A program made the position numbers and the translations under genes. A stretch of 61,079 nt of DNA, the filler included, from Catajapyx aquilonaris (lineage: Eukaryota): NCBI GenBank assembly GCA_000934665.2. It is 3 parts of 3 records of this genome, joined end to end, with 100 filler letters (N's around TTAATTAATTAA, not from the genome) between each part and the next. Parts side by side here need not be neighbours in the genome. Positions count along the whole stretch, not along the records: positions 20,255 to 40,408 come from KZ539514.1; 2 more parts are not named here. One strand, given 5' to 3'. The first letter of the stretch is position 1. Each line of letters opens with the position of its first letter. Positions 24,386 through 38,036 of the stretch are shown here, one piece after another. The notes below the pieces were generated by a model, which did no database searches, was not told the DNA's origin, and saw only the letters and a program-made list of their open reading frames with translations.

Positions 24386-25209
24386 TATGTTCAACTTAAT
24401 TTTGCCTCTCCTGTAAAATTTATAAAATGGTCTATTCGCCCTTTCTCCTTAATGCCGAGGGGGCTTCCCTGGGGGTGCGAGCAAGGTGCACCTCTGGACT
24501 TAACCTAACCAAGAGCTAATAACTGGTCTAACTATGAACTTAATCAATCACCCCTGGTATAGGGGGTGCGACAAGGACCAATATATTGTCTGCAAAGGGG
24601 TGTGGAGGCCCGAAAAGGTTAAGAACCTCTGCTTTAGGTATATGTTCCTGGGCTTGGCTCAATTTTGACATTTTTGTGGGTTGACAAATTATTGCATAAC
24701 ACCTTCCATGCACACCATTCATGAGTTACCTTTTCGGTCATTTATGGCAGAAGTATGCAGATTTTGCCACCTTGATTTTAACTGAATGAAGTACCAGTAC
24801 TATCCTTTGGGTGTATGTTCCTGGGCATAACTCATTTTGGAATTTTGTGATGGTTGACCCATTATTGCATAACCATGTCCAATTATCCCTCCGCTTTCGA
24901 TCACTTCTATGTACGTTGACTGACACCAAGTTCAACATACGAGTGTACCAGACACTCACGGGTTTGCTGCTATAAATTAATAAATAAATAACATGTTTTG
25001 ATAATCTACGTGTGTAAGGCAAAGTGTCTTTGTTTTTTTGTTTGCCCATGGCAACAGCATTTTGTTGGTGATTATCATGGAAACAGGCCGTGCGAAGAAC
25101 GGGCTCCTCTGCTAGTCCAGCAATAAATATTACCGGGAACTAAAATCTTTCTTTCCAACTGGGGCACCTGCAGCTGGGAATGTTTTACGTTATAAGCCAT
25201 TACTTACGG

Positions 25210-27415
25210 CACATAGTGGCCAATATCAGAAAAAACACGCAAGAAAATGATAGCTCCTAAAATAAACCGTTTAAGTACATAAAATACATGTCTCCCCATG
25301 TTTTCAAGGTCGCTGATTTCGATTTTTAGGTTATTTTGAACATGGACCTACAGGGTGTACCGAAAACACGATCGAATTTAAGAATCCTTCTGTAGAATAA
25401 GCGGAAAAATAGGTTAGTGATGTTACCCTACGTTTTGCGGTCACTGCTTCATATTTTGAGGCTCTTATCAAACTAAGGCCTACAGGGTGTACCAAAAACA
25501 AGATAGAATTTAATAATCTGCAGAATAAGCGGTACAAGTAGGTGAAACTAATGCTTCCCTGTTTTTACGGTCGCTGATTTCAACTTTTAGGTTATTTCGA
25601 AGCTATACCTACAGGGTGCACTAAAAACTCACAATGAAATCTACGAACGTGTACAATAAGCATTAAAAGTAGGTGAAAATAATATTTCCCGATGTTTTCG
25701 CGGTCCTAATTTTGATTTTTTAGGTTATTTTGTACCAGGACATACAGGGTGTACCATAAAAATGCCATCGCATTCAAGAACTTGTGGAATCTACATAAAA
25801 GTACCGACATGTGAAAATAGAATTTTACCGTATGTTGGTGGACAATGATTTTGATTTTTAGGCTATACTGAACCCAGACCACTAGCCTGTGTCAAAAACA
25901 CCGTCAAATTTGAGATATCGTGGAATAAATAGTACAGTAAAACACGATAGAATTTAATAATAGGCCTATGTAGAATAAGCAGTACAAGTAGGTGAAAGTA
26001 ATGTTTCTTCAGTTTTTACGGTCGCTGATTTAGATCTTGAGGAAACTTCCAACTCAGGCCAACAAAATGTATCATGAACACCATAACCACTCCTGCCCCC
26101 TTTCCGCATCGTGATGTGGATTTAACATTTGACCCCTTACGTCACATGACCATAGTTTTCAAGTTCAAAGTATACAAAAACATGTGCTTGTGGATTTGGT
26201 TATCGCAGGATCTGTTTAGCTGAAGTCTCTCGCCCTCCGAGCCAGCATTAGCCCTTCGTCACGCTAATTAACATTCTCCTTCCAGGCATTACAGACACAA
26301 TTCTCCTTAACACATCGCGATTTTCTGAGGTAGCATTTTGTGAAGTGGGATAGCACCGTAATACCAATACTGCAGTAATTATTCAGTGCAAAAAGAATAT
26401 GAAGTGGCCCCTGAAAGTGAATATCGTAGAATATTTCCTTCAGTTGCTGGTCGACGCAGCTGAGACTTACTTGGATAGTTTCCCTATTATCCGCAGGTCA
26501 ACTTAAATCCAATTTCATCACTGACTCGTACTGACTCCGTTTGGTATGCCTAATTGAACTTCAAAATTTGTGAAAATTTGCAGAATGTTACCAGTTGAAA
26601 TTTCTCGGATGTCCAAGAAACAAGTACCCATTACTGATATTCTGTTAACAGTCCTAAATCCATGCTATACGAGACCTAGTATCTATTTTCCTAAACATTT
26701 AATTTTTAACATTATGCAATTATGTCAACAGCTGGCGCGTTTCGATGAATCAGAAGAATGCTGAACGTTTGAACAGCGTATTTTGTATATTATTATCTGT
26801 TGCTTTTGGAGTGTTTATGGTGTTTATGATACAATTTGTTGGCCTGGGTTGGAAGTTTCCTCAAAATCTAAATCAGCGACCGTAAAAACTGGGGAAACAT
26901 TACTTTCACCTACATATATGCCTATTATTAAATTCTATCGTGTTATACTGTACTACTTATTCCACAACATCTCAAATTTTACGGTGTTTTTGATACAGGC
27001 TCTTGGTCTGGGTTCAGTGTAGCCTAAAAATCAAAATCACTGTCCACCAACATTACGGTAAAATACTATTTTCACATGTCCGTACTTATAATGTTGATTC
27101 CACAAGTTCCTGAATTCGATGGTCTTTTTATGGTACACCCTGTATGTCCTGGTTCAAAATAACCTTAAGAAATCAAAATTAGGACCGCGAAAACATCGGG
27201 AAATGTTATTTTCACCTACTTGTAATGCTTATTACACACGTTTGTCAATTTCATAGGGTGTTTTTGGTACACCCTGTAGGTATAGCTTCAAAATAACCTA
27301 AAAATCGAAATCAGCGACCTTGAAAACATGGGGAGACATGTATTTTACGTACTTAAACGTTTAGTTTAGGAGCTATCCTTTTCTTGCGTGTTTTTTCTGA
27401 TATTGGCCACTCTGC
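25210..27415. mobile_element. Foldback element whose arms are built of ~120-nt tandem repeats
   Basis: About 25215-26050 is inverted relative to about 26850-27412. The unit 'ttttaggttatttt...tacagggtgtacc...aataagc...gtaggtgaaa...ggtcgctgatttc' repeats about 6 times in the left arm. Confidence 0.75.
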
Positions 27416-28500
27416 GGCATTGAGCTGGAAGGCTACGAAGCTGCGATAACGGAGTCTCAAGTCCCTTATGACTCAACTAATGGTCACAGGAGATCGATTT
27501 TTTTTACACATACAGATGAGAATACAGGCCGAATTTAGCGCGAAAGAATGGCTTTAGTGCTATTAAGTCAAATTTAAAAAAATAATAAAACCGCGTGGGG
27601 TCCTTAAAGACCCCACGTCGTAGACAATGTATGGCAGATTCACGTTGGTGGTTAAGGGTTAAGGACAAGTGCCTTACACTTGAGGTTAAGCCATCCGAAT
27701 GAGTGTCCTTTACCAAACTCTGTGTCTTTGCAGTGGATTTTTGTACAAACTTCACACTTCGCTCATAATAAAGTTGTTAGTGAGACTTATTTGTAAGTCA
27801 TAAATAACTAATTACAAATACCGATAAATCAACAAGTTCTCTTGTCAAACCGATTTTTTTTAAACAATTGGCACATTATTGAGCCACATGTTGGCTTTTG
27901 TCCATTACTTTCTGAATAATTTTCAACAGATTCGAATCATGTCCAACTGGGCGCATTGCGATTCACGCCTCACCGGTTCGTTCCGGTTCGTTCCTTCCAC
28001 CTTTCCAGTGTTTCCAAACGGCGAAGAATCTGTTGGCACCATTGCATGTTCGATGGAAGGGTGGTTTTTGTTCTAATTGCAGGAAACTAATCGCAACTGA
28101 TTGCATCACGTAATTTTGACTGTAATTTCTGGGCTGTTCGCTGCCAGGGGGTTGTTGCCTGCCTCAAGGGCCACTCCACTCCAGGCACGGCGTCAGGCTG
28201 AAGTGAGAAAGTGGGCAAAGACTGCGGAAGAAAAAATTCTCTCGTCGACTGGTCTGGAAACATTTTTGCATAGTTTTGAGTCACTGCTTTTGGGTAAGCT
28301 GAGAAAAGTACAGTACCAAAAATGTTTTGCAAATTAGCATACATTGATATTTTGCATTGCATACGTGTGATTCTATTACATTTCTATTGAACATGTGCGA
28401 TTAACTATGTAGCCTATACTATAACATCATGGTATTGGAAGGTAACTTGTGAAGAATGTCACTGCTCCCGCAATGAAGGCGTTTGAAGATTTTTTGACTT

Positions 28501-28684
28501 GTACTATTAACTGCAAAAGTAATGCCGCGCAGTTATGTGATGGCGGCCGCGACTTGTTGTTTAGCATGGGCGTTGCCGAGTTACGGATGTTAATTTGGCT
28601 ACATTCCGGAATCCACAACCCATGCTAAACAAGTCACGGCATCACATAACAGTGCGACAACATTACTTTTGCTGTTAATAGTAC
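28501..28684. mobile_element. Small palindromic MITE
   Basis: 'gtactattaactgcaaaagtaatg' and 'cattacttttgctgttaatagtac'. Confidence 0.6.
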
Positions 28685-28990
28685 ATACCTAGGATTTGTA
28701 GGCATACAATGTTTTTTCTGTGTGATCCCAGTTATGAAACACAGGGTTACCCATTCAATTGTGTATCAAAATTATATTGTTCTCTGAAAGAAACCAAAAT
28801 TGTAACATTACAAAACTGGGGCATAGTCACATTGGTTCCGGTTGAACTGGAGTTTGATGCTACTTGTCCATTGTATTGGAAGGTACGGTACGGTATAATA
28901 AAATATCTTACAGTGGAATTGCAATATCCTGCTGCGATGCCCAATTTTCATAGTAAATAGGTGTTTGGTGACATGGCACAGAAGTACTAT

Positions 28991-30623
28991 GGGTAGGTAG
29001 ATTCTGAGACGGTGGAGCCGTCTAGCGGCCGGAAAGTGCAGTTTTTACATGAAAGAAGGGCGACTCGTGCTTGGCTCACACAGTGGGGTCGGAAGTCACA
29101 ATAATATTTAACTTCTGGCAGAGAAGATGCCATTACTGTGCTGATACTACATCCCTTCCTGAACGTAAATAGCCCCAGACCACAAGTTATAAGGCTCTAA
29201 TTAGCCCGTAATTAATTCATCAAAATGGTGGTATTCAGGAAATATATATTGCGTAATTCCACTCTTATTTACAGCTATTTATCATGTATGACATGTTATT
29301 TTCACACAAGTTGTAGTGTAAAACTCCATCGAAATATTAAATAATTTTAAAGGGCCATTTTATCATTATAACATCAAATAAGGCCGCCAAAAGTCGGAAA
29401 ATAAACTTTTCAGCTACATGGTCATGTTTGGTATGAAATCATGTGTTTTTGAGGGTGCAGAATTCAGTGGTGGCACCGAAAATAGTACCAGACAATTCCA
29501 GAAGTAATACAGTGAAACCTGTCTATAACGGACCCTACTTATAGCGGAAACCTGTCCATCACGGAAAATTTTTAGGGTCTCGATTCTGCTATACACAGGC
29601 TTCATAGTAATAAACTCTTTGAAAAGATGTACCTATGTTTTCATTTTACACAGACTGTCAGATACTAGAAGTGGAATTAATTATACAGCTAATGTGCATT
29701 TTAGAAAGATAAGATGTGTTTATAGTTTAAAATTTTTTTTAGTCCGAGCATCCCATCCGACCACTGGGTAATGCAATCAGAACCATTCGTATACATCATT
29801 TCTTGAACATCGACCTTCACATGAGCTTAACAGGGTACATTGAAAAATTAAGTTTTTCGCGAATTTACATAAAGAGCACCGTTTCTTGCAGGGTCCACTT
29901 GCGATCAGCTCTTCCGAGGTTTTCGCGACATCTGCAATGGTTGACCCTGGTATACCACAGCCGCAAATAGATTTTTTCCATCCCCAAGTATCTGGTGGTG
30001 GCTGTGTGTGGCTATGTATAGCAGAATCGAGACCCTAAAAATTTTCCGTAAGGGACAAGTTTCCACTATAAGCAGGGTCCGTTATAGACAGGTTTCACTG
30101 TATTACTTCTGGGATTGTCTGGTACTATTTTCGGTACCACCACTGAATTCTGCACCCTCAAAGACGTATGATTTCATACCAAACATGACCATGTAGGCAT
30201 GTAGCTGAAAAGTTTATTATCCGACTTTTGGCAGCCTTATTTAATGTTATAATGATTAAATGGCCCTTTAAAATTATTTAATATTTCGATGGAGTTTTAC
30301 ACTCCAACTTGTGTGAAAATAACCTGACATACATGATAAATAGCTATGAATAAGAGCGGTATTCCGAAATATATTATTCTTGATGACCGCCATTTTGATG
30401 AATTAATTACGGGCTAATTAGAGCCTAAAAACTTGGGGTCTGGGGCTATAAACGTTCAGGAAGGGATGTAGTATCAGCACCGTAAATGGCATCTTCTCTG
30501 CCAGAAGCGAAATATTCTGCCACTATTTCGGACGTTCCGACCCCACTGGCCATATACACAGTTTCCTGCCAGAACTTGCGCTTTAGACCGCCAATGGCGC
30601 CACCATCAAGAATCTACCTACCC
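28991..30623. mobile_element. Nested TIR elements: outer GGGTAGGTAG-ended element containing a long-armed CACAGTGGGG-ended (Transib-like) foldback at 29079-30548
   Basis: Outer termini 'gggtaggtagattct' and 'agaatctacctaccc', flanked by AT. Inner arms of about 520 nt (29079-29600 and 30015-30548) are inverted, which explains the mirrored ORFs 29414..29605 and 30008..30196. Confidence 0.75.
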
Positions 30624-30900
30624 ATTGGAATTAACTACAATTAATATTAGACCGCTGCAATGCTAGTATGTCTCATGTTTTCAGTTATTTTAAAATTAAA
30701 TTTAATTAATTTTACCCTGTAATAGAGAGAACAATGCCCTTATTGGGGGGGGGGGGGNNNNNNNNNNGGGGGTGGCACACCACCAATTTTCAGTCATTAA
30801 TAGCCTATAATTGTGAGGTTGTTTCCAGCAATGCTTGTTGCCTACCTTGAAACATGCCAATTGTAATTACTAACATCATTGGTTTATAGTGGTGTTTTAA

Positions 30901-31382
30901 AGGGACACTCCACTCAAAATACAAGTTGGCCTCCCAAAAATCGGGCAAAAAATCCTGATTCCGAATGTGCAATCGGTTTTTTCCTACGCCCAACGGTAAC
31001 ACGGAAAATAATATATCTACACACGTCTCGTCTGCTAAGAAGGGCGATACAACAGCATCTCGCGGCAAACCGGAGAAGTAGGGAAGGAGACGCGCCCAGG
31101 GTCACCTACATGAGTGCCTCCCCCACCTAGACAGTTAGACAGTTAGGGTGGGGGAGGCAACCATGTACGGGACCCTGGCCACGCCAGGCACTTTCTCTAG
31201 TTCCGCCCGGTTCCACTCTGGTGGCGTTGCCCACCGCCCTGCGCGCGGTTTTCGAACGACACACTTCCAGCTTTCACACTGGCCTTACCGTTCGTCTCTA
31301 AGAAAAACTGCTTATACCCTCAGAATCAGGATTTTTTGCCCGATTTTTAGAACCCAACTTGTATTTTGAGTGGAGTGTCCCT
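30901..31382. mobile_element. Kolobok-like MITE
   Basis: TTAA flanks; perfect TIR 'agggacactccactcaaaatacaagttgg' starting with purines. Confidence 0.75.
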
Positions 31383-31654
31383 TTAATATGGTTACAACTT
31401 GTGAGGGTTTAGAATCTGACTGTACCTCCCTTGTGCCTCATGGGCTCATTACTTTTGTCCCTGACTCTCTGACAGTACTTCGATTCATGAGATGTGAGAA
31501 TAAGGCAGTCCTGAATACTCTGTGATGCGTGTTGTCGAAACACGTGGTCCACTCCAGATCACATCAGAAAAAGTCTCGTTGTTAGTGGAGAGGTAATGTA
31601 GACCACCTATAAGTAACACTATATTCTCCACTTAGCAGACAAGTCGCTGAAAAG

Positions 31655-34600
31655 ATGAATCCTGCCGAAGGAAGCAGTCTGGAGGCAGTGAAGAAGGCGG
31701 TGATGGATGGGTGCAGGAGCATGATGGAACCATGGATGAAGCAGATGGATGAGGGGATGAGCAGAATGGAGAGCTGGATGAAGAGTATGGACGGGACCAT
31801 GAGCAGGACGGAGCAGTGGACCAGGAGGATGACAGAGGCTCAGAGTAAGCAGTTAACCCCTTCACTGCCAGCTAGGCTGAAAGTGCCTAGATTTTCGATT
31901 ACTTGTACTCTGAAGATAAGGACAAGATATTTTACAAATAATAATTTAGTTATACTTAACCCTTCATGGAAAACACCATGCATGTGTTGGGAACAAACCG
32001 TTTTTGAATTTTTAAAAATCATGTCATGACTTATGAATCAACCCTCGTACTTGAGAATTAAATTAATTCCTATATGTGGCTTGCTGGCACTTCGGAAAAC
32101 TCCCAAATTTATTAAGCCCAATGATTTCAGCAAATTCACCTGGCATGATTCTCAAGGTAGACGTTCCCTATGTTTTCATGTCTTTCATAATTAAAGCAGC
32201 CTAACAGTTGGCCGGTATAGTACTTGAGTCTTGAGTTTTACAGGGATATCTTTAAAAATTAATTTATGGACTTCTGCATGAGGAAAATTTATTGTTCCCA
32301 ATACCTTCATAGTGTTTTGCATGAACATGTAAGTGTGTCTGCTATTATTTGTGAAATATTTTGTCCTTCAGAGTACATACACGTAATATAAAATATAGGC
32401 GTTTTTGGCCTAGCTGGTAGCGAAGGGGTTTTAAGGTGTTGTGACTTGCCTGGCAGTGATCCTGGATGTCATGATTCACTGTGATGAAACACAGTAACTC
32501 ACATAAGATCCTGCTTGTTCGTCACTTTGTAAAATTGGATTTAAAATATTTAAAATCTTGAAAGCATGCCAATTTGCTTTATTTCTCCTGTACAGAATGG
32601 CAGGAGGTAGTCCATTAAAGATAATATTACATAGAGAAGTATGTACAGTACTTACATATTGGATGAATGAATGTTACTGATTTGATGGACCATCCACACA
32701 ATCTGATGATAATGATGGCAAACCCATCAAAATGTATTGCCAAGAGCAGGCACAATGTAGATCTGCCATGTATCTCACATTCACTATGGATATCAAGGGT
32801 GAAAGATCAGAAGGGCATATGAACCAATGTTAACAAATGGGTGATAGGCCCTTCTGATCTTTCACCCTCGATATTGTATGTGGATGCCACACTTTACGAC
32901 CTTTTCTGGGTGTCATTTTAGATGTTCTTACTGAATATTCCCCAGAAGTACCACTGCATAGCATGAAAGAAGTTTTAGAGGGTATAGTTTCAAAGCACCC
33001 TGTAGGAATCTTGCAAGCGGATGAGAGCAGTGTGGAGGAAGATCTCCATTCCGGGCAAGATTCATGCGCTCAGGAAGAACGTGAAGGTGAAATTGGTCAG
33101 CTGGAGGCATGTGATGCCTTGCAACAAGTGAAGGTAATGTCCCATTTTATGACAAAATTGATACTCATGTTGGGTGGAAAACAACCTCTTGCATATGGAC
33201 AATGCTATTAATATATTAGGGGTAATCCGATGAAATGTTTTTTTCCCCCTTGTCTGATGAGGTGTCTTTTCTATTTTAGGTGACCTTCCCTGGCAGTGGG
33301 GAAGATGAGGCTCGACAGGTGACTGCTACTAAAAATAATTTCACCTCTGCTCAGCTGAATGGAGAGTTTGGAAGGGTGGAGACAGGCCAGAAATGTGTTC
33401 CTGCTAAGGAGGAGGTGGCTATCCTGATGCCTCGTTCTGCTACTGAACAGAAGTCATTCATTGCCACAGTACAGAACCAAAGTGCCGTGCCTCAGTTCAT
33501 CCCTCCTGCTCAGACCTCTGCTAGGGCCATGCTGGTGGCCCATGCCCGCAAGTATGATCTTGGAGAAGTGACGGTCAAACACATGGAAGACTGTAATCCA
33601 TGGTATGTCGTCGTATTCGGGATGAGATGAAATTATGTGTGTTTGCAAGTGTTGCCTCCTGCTAACAGGCTTTTGCAGGTCTTGCCGTTCTTGAATTTCT
33701 CATCTTGAATTTTTCATGCAGGCACCGGTTCTTGGTGTTGGTGACAATAGGTAGTGAGAAGTACTCTTCATTTGGAGAGGAGTTCAAATCATTTGAGGAG
33801 GCAGAAAAAGTGACCTGCCAGCGGGCAATGGAGGGAACCAAGGAGAGGATTCTTGCTCGACCTGTTCTTCCTAAGACATCCACCACTGAGCTGCTCCTCA
33901 AACAGCTGAAGTCTCTGCTCTCTAAGCATAGCAGAGGAGTGTTCAAGGACTACCTAGAAAGAGAATATGCCATTATGTTTAAGGAAGATCTACCTGATAA
34001 TTGGATAGATGTGATAAGCAAATCTTCCTGCTTCAGTGTCATCGCAGCAGCTGCAAACATTTCCATCATCAACTACATCCCCCAGGACCATGGCGGAAGT
34101 GGTGAGCCATATGCCACTGATCAGTTGCCACCTCAACTGGAAGTTCCACCACCCAGTGAAATGTCGGATTCAAGCTACGATGTGTTAGTTACGGAGATGA
34201 TCAGTGGGTGTGAGGTTGCAATCCGATTCGTTGGGAAGGATCACAATGACAAGTGAGTCAAAATTTGGAGGTCTGCCATATAGTTACATTGTTTTACCAA
34301 TTCAGAATATGTCCTTATTAATGCCAATATTTCAATTAAACTGCTGGGGTCCAAGGTGATATTTTGTGTTCTGTTGCAGGTTAGCCGATCTTATGAAGGA
34401 CATGGAGAGGTTTTACCTGGGTGCGGTGGAAGGAAATGGTGCCACTGGTAGTGATGAGGGAGATTTGGTTCCCATAACTGTGGAAGAATTGGTTGAGCAT
34501 GACCCATATGTGGTTATTGATAGCCCAACCTGCTACAGGGTGGATCTTGTTCGAGTAGGGGAAGGAGATGAAAGGGAGGAAAGCAGGGTAAATTGCCTCT

Positions 34601-36799
34601 GCTACCTGGTGGACCATGGTTCTGTGGAGGAGTTTTCTGTATCGCAACTGCGGAGGATACAGGGGAAATTTCTTCAGCTTCCTTATCAGGTAATACTGAG
34701 GTGACATAGTGTAACCTTTTGATACAATAACAGTGTTAATTAAAAATATGGTGGTTGTGATGGTGAGAGAAATGCAGGGTATAGGCCAGGTTCAACATTA
34801 AATTGCCATGTGAGCATACTGCTAATGTGTTTGGGGTTGTTGTTGCCTTCCACAGGCATCTAGTGATAAATGATAGGAGGAAACGGTACTGCAGGAATAA
34901 ATTTGAAGGAAAGGTGCTGTTTCTTATTCTTTCAGGCTGTCAAGTTCCACCTGTACGGCCTGTCCTGGTTTGCAGATTCAAGCATTGCACAAACTGCATT
35001 GGCTGAATACTGCAAATTGTATCGATCGCTGCTAGCTATGCCTCAGCCAGGCAATGAATATCTCATCAACGAGGGCAGTGAAGAGGATGAGGTGACCTGC
35101 GTGAGCCTCATTGATACAAGTGGTACCGAGGATGTGCACGTTAATGGCAAGATCATTACGAAAATCTTGACTTCACTATTGGCGCATAATCCCCTTCTTA
35201 CGGTAAGCATAGTTGGAGAATATTTTTAAATACAAGAGATGCATTTGATGATTGATGATCTTTAGGCTTTTACACAGATCAATCTAGTTATTTCAATTTT
35301 GGAAAATTATGTAGGTAGCTAGGTTTTATGTTTATGCAGGATGAGTGAGAAACGAATGTACCCATGATGCATGTCTTTTAGAGCGGTACAGTGAGATAAC
35401 ACATGGCGTTTTTCCTTGTTTACTTTTTTTTTCCTGGTATTCTGATGTGGATTTTGCAGACAAAGGATGACACAGAGTGTGTCCTGTTGAACGCCCAGTC
35501 CGATGGCCGTATATACATACGCACCTGTAGGGGACCCAGCGCCCACGTGGACATGCTTGTGGATTATGTAGCCAGCTCAATGGATGACAATGCCAAGCCT
35601 GTGGACGAATTGGTCATGGGGGGGTGTTTACTTGGCATTTTATTTGACTAAAGATGATGAGGAAAAGCCATGCCGAGTGACACCCACCACCATCAACCCA
35701 GATCGATCCGGGAAGGTAAGTTGAAATATGGGCAAAATTTTGATTTTATCTATTGTACTTGACAAGTACCCCACATTAGAGCTGCTGGTCACTTTTGTTT
35801 TATATACTGGCCTTTCATAGTCAGTGCATGAATATTTGGAAATTACAGTTGTTCTTGCAGAATGAGTTACTCAGATATTCAGAAACTCAACACAGTTACA
35901 AACAGACAAACTTCATTAGCCGCAAGAATGTCTGGCAGTTAATATTTCGCTGATAAGCATCATCCACATACTGAAAAATTGCATATTTTTATGTTCACAG
36001 ATCACCATGTTTGCCATGGATTTGGGCGAATGGCTGGATCTCAGCTTGGGTGAGATCTACCCTCTGGTTGACCTTGATTGCCCAATTAACCCTGCTGTGA
36101 ATTGCCCTTTGCCCGTATTGGGTACTAAACTTGCCAGCATTCCAGCTCAGGTAAGATGTTTTCAATGATCTTGTTGCGCAATTAATTGAAGAGCATGTAT
36201 TGAGGAATTATATGTCAGTTAAGTCCAACCTACGCTATTTGCAAAGTGGTTGAGGCTGGTATCGACGTGCGAGTTCCTCGTATGCGAGTCCTCTTATGTG
36301 AGAAAACTTGTACGTCAAGACGGACTCTTTGTCGCCTCAGGGCCCCTCTTGTCCCTCGAAAAGGGGATTAAAGTTGAAAATTTTCAACTTTTCCTCTTTC
36401 CTCGTATCCGGGCATGCGCAGTTGGCTCCTCGTATGCGAGAAACCTCGTACGTGGATACCGGCCTTTAGTTGGCAATGCAAAGTTGCAGAGTTTGATAGC
36501 CTTTATATCTGAAGTAGTGTATGTTGAGGTTAAAGATTTCTTCATTGTGTTATGCCCTGACTGATGCACAAACCTGATGCATTTGTTGCTATACTCCACA
36601 GGCCATTGAATGCCAGATTTCCGGGAACAGGTGCATATCACCTTGCATATCACTGGAACATTTCTGGAACGTGTTTGATAAGGAGGAAAGTGTCCTTATC
36701 AAAGCAGTGTCCCTGGGAAATGCTGCTGCAAATGGAGCCACTACCGCTCCTGTCCCTGAAGTGATTCTCAAGAAGATCGTTTCCCAGAATGATACTTGA
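31655..36799 (+). CDS. TDRD7/tapas-like protein (LOTUS-like, dsRBD-like and two extended Tudor domains); one frameshift, so a possible pseudogene or assembly error
   Basis: Exons 31655-31844, 32922-33133, 33280-33602, 33722-34252, 34380-34689, 34936-35202, 35460-35715, 36001-36150, 36602-36799 (TGA). All are phase-compatible except the 256-nt exon, which has one extra G in a G7 run at about 35618-35624. Motifs: 'LKSLLSKHSRGVF..LEREY...FKEDLPDNW' (LOTUS), 'VTIGSEKYSS...EEAEK' (dsRBD-like), 'CYRV...YLVDHG...FLQLPYQ|AVKFHLYGL' (Tudor-SN). The first exon is the least certain. Confidence 0.75.
31857..32428. mobile_element. piggyBac-like MITE in the first intron (related partial inverted copy at about 56900-57361)
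   Basis: 'ttaa|ccccttcactgccagctagg' and 'cctagctggtagcgaagggg|tt'. Confidence 0.65.
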
Positions 36800-38036
36800 A
36801 TTTTGTAGATCCTCAGTGAGGAAGTGTGTCTGTGGGGTGAAATGTCATTCTGTTTTCATTTGAGCAGATTCTTTATTCCATGCTGCACTACATAATGTGG
36901 TGTGAGAGAGTGTTGGTGCTAATCTTAACACTTCCATTAATAATTTTGGTATTTGGTGAAAATATTTTGTTATTTTCCAGACCACGAATTTGTTCCAAGT
37001 GAGCTTAATACAGTCGAATCCCTCTATAACGAATGCAGATATAACGAAAGAAAATTTGTGACCGTCAGAGGCCCCATATAAACCCATGTTAAAAATATCC
37101 GCTTTTAAGGAAAGGATTTTCGGTTTCCATTCCCATGTAACGAAATTTTTCGCTCCTCCAGTCCCACCTCTCAGCCGAAAAAGGGCGGAAGTTGGCAAAT
37201 TGGGCCATAAATCACCAGCTGTGTGTTAGGGATTCAACCTTTTTTCACACATTCCCTCCAAAAGTTGATAATTTGGGGTCCTAATGGAAGGGAAAGGATT
37301 CTCTGGGAGGGGGGGAGAGGGCTGTCGCAGTGACTCAGAGCTGCTGCCCACTGAATTTATTGCTAGCACGTGGCCCCCCCAGGTAAGGAGGCAGGTGGTT
37401 AAAACCTGGGAATAGTATTCATGGGAGAGCCTGACCTTTCCTTATCATCTTTCCCACCATTTCCTCTTTCCCCCCTTGGGTCTACTACTTGCGGGAGATT
37501 ATGGCGGACATAATCGGGCATAATCGGGCATAATCGGCTCGGCGGGTTAGTTGATCGGCCGGATTTCTGTAGCTTATTGTTGTCGACTTTGCGCAGTGCT
37601 TTGTAAGATAATCAAATAACGAGGAAGAATTTTTCAAATATTTTTTAACTATTTTTAACTGTAAGGGGAATGTAGGTTGTCAGTAAGTAAATTATTTTTA
37701 CACAACATGCATACAAATATTTGTATATTTTTATAATGTTCAACTTGATAAGTAATGAAAATTAGAATTTTGTTGCCAAAATATAACCATGGTTGGAAGT
37801 GTAGGAATAAGGTCCACTGCCCTTACTGGATAACTGAATGTGTTGGTGGTCTTGTGTGCATGGAGAGTGAGGTGCAGAAGCAAAGACAGTAGTTATGTAC
37901 TTCACAGTGAAGTCTTACGTTAGCTCTCTAGTGTAATGTTATCAATTTTCTGGCTGCAAAGGAGGTTTCACTGATGGAAATTCACTCACAGAAGTGAATA
38001 GAAAAGGTTCTCACAGACCAAATATAATGTACTGTA

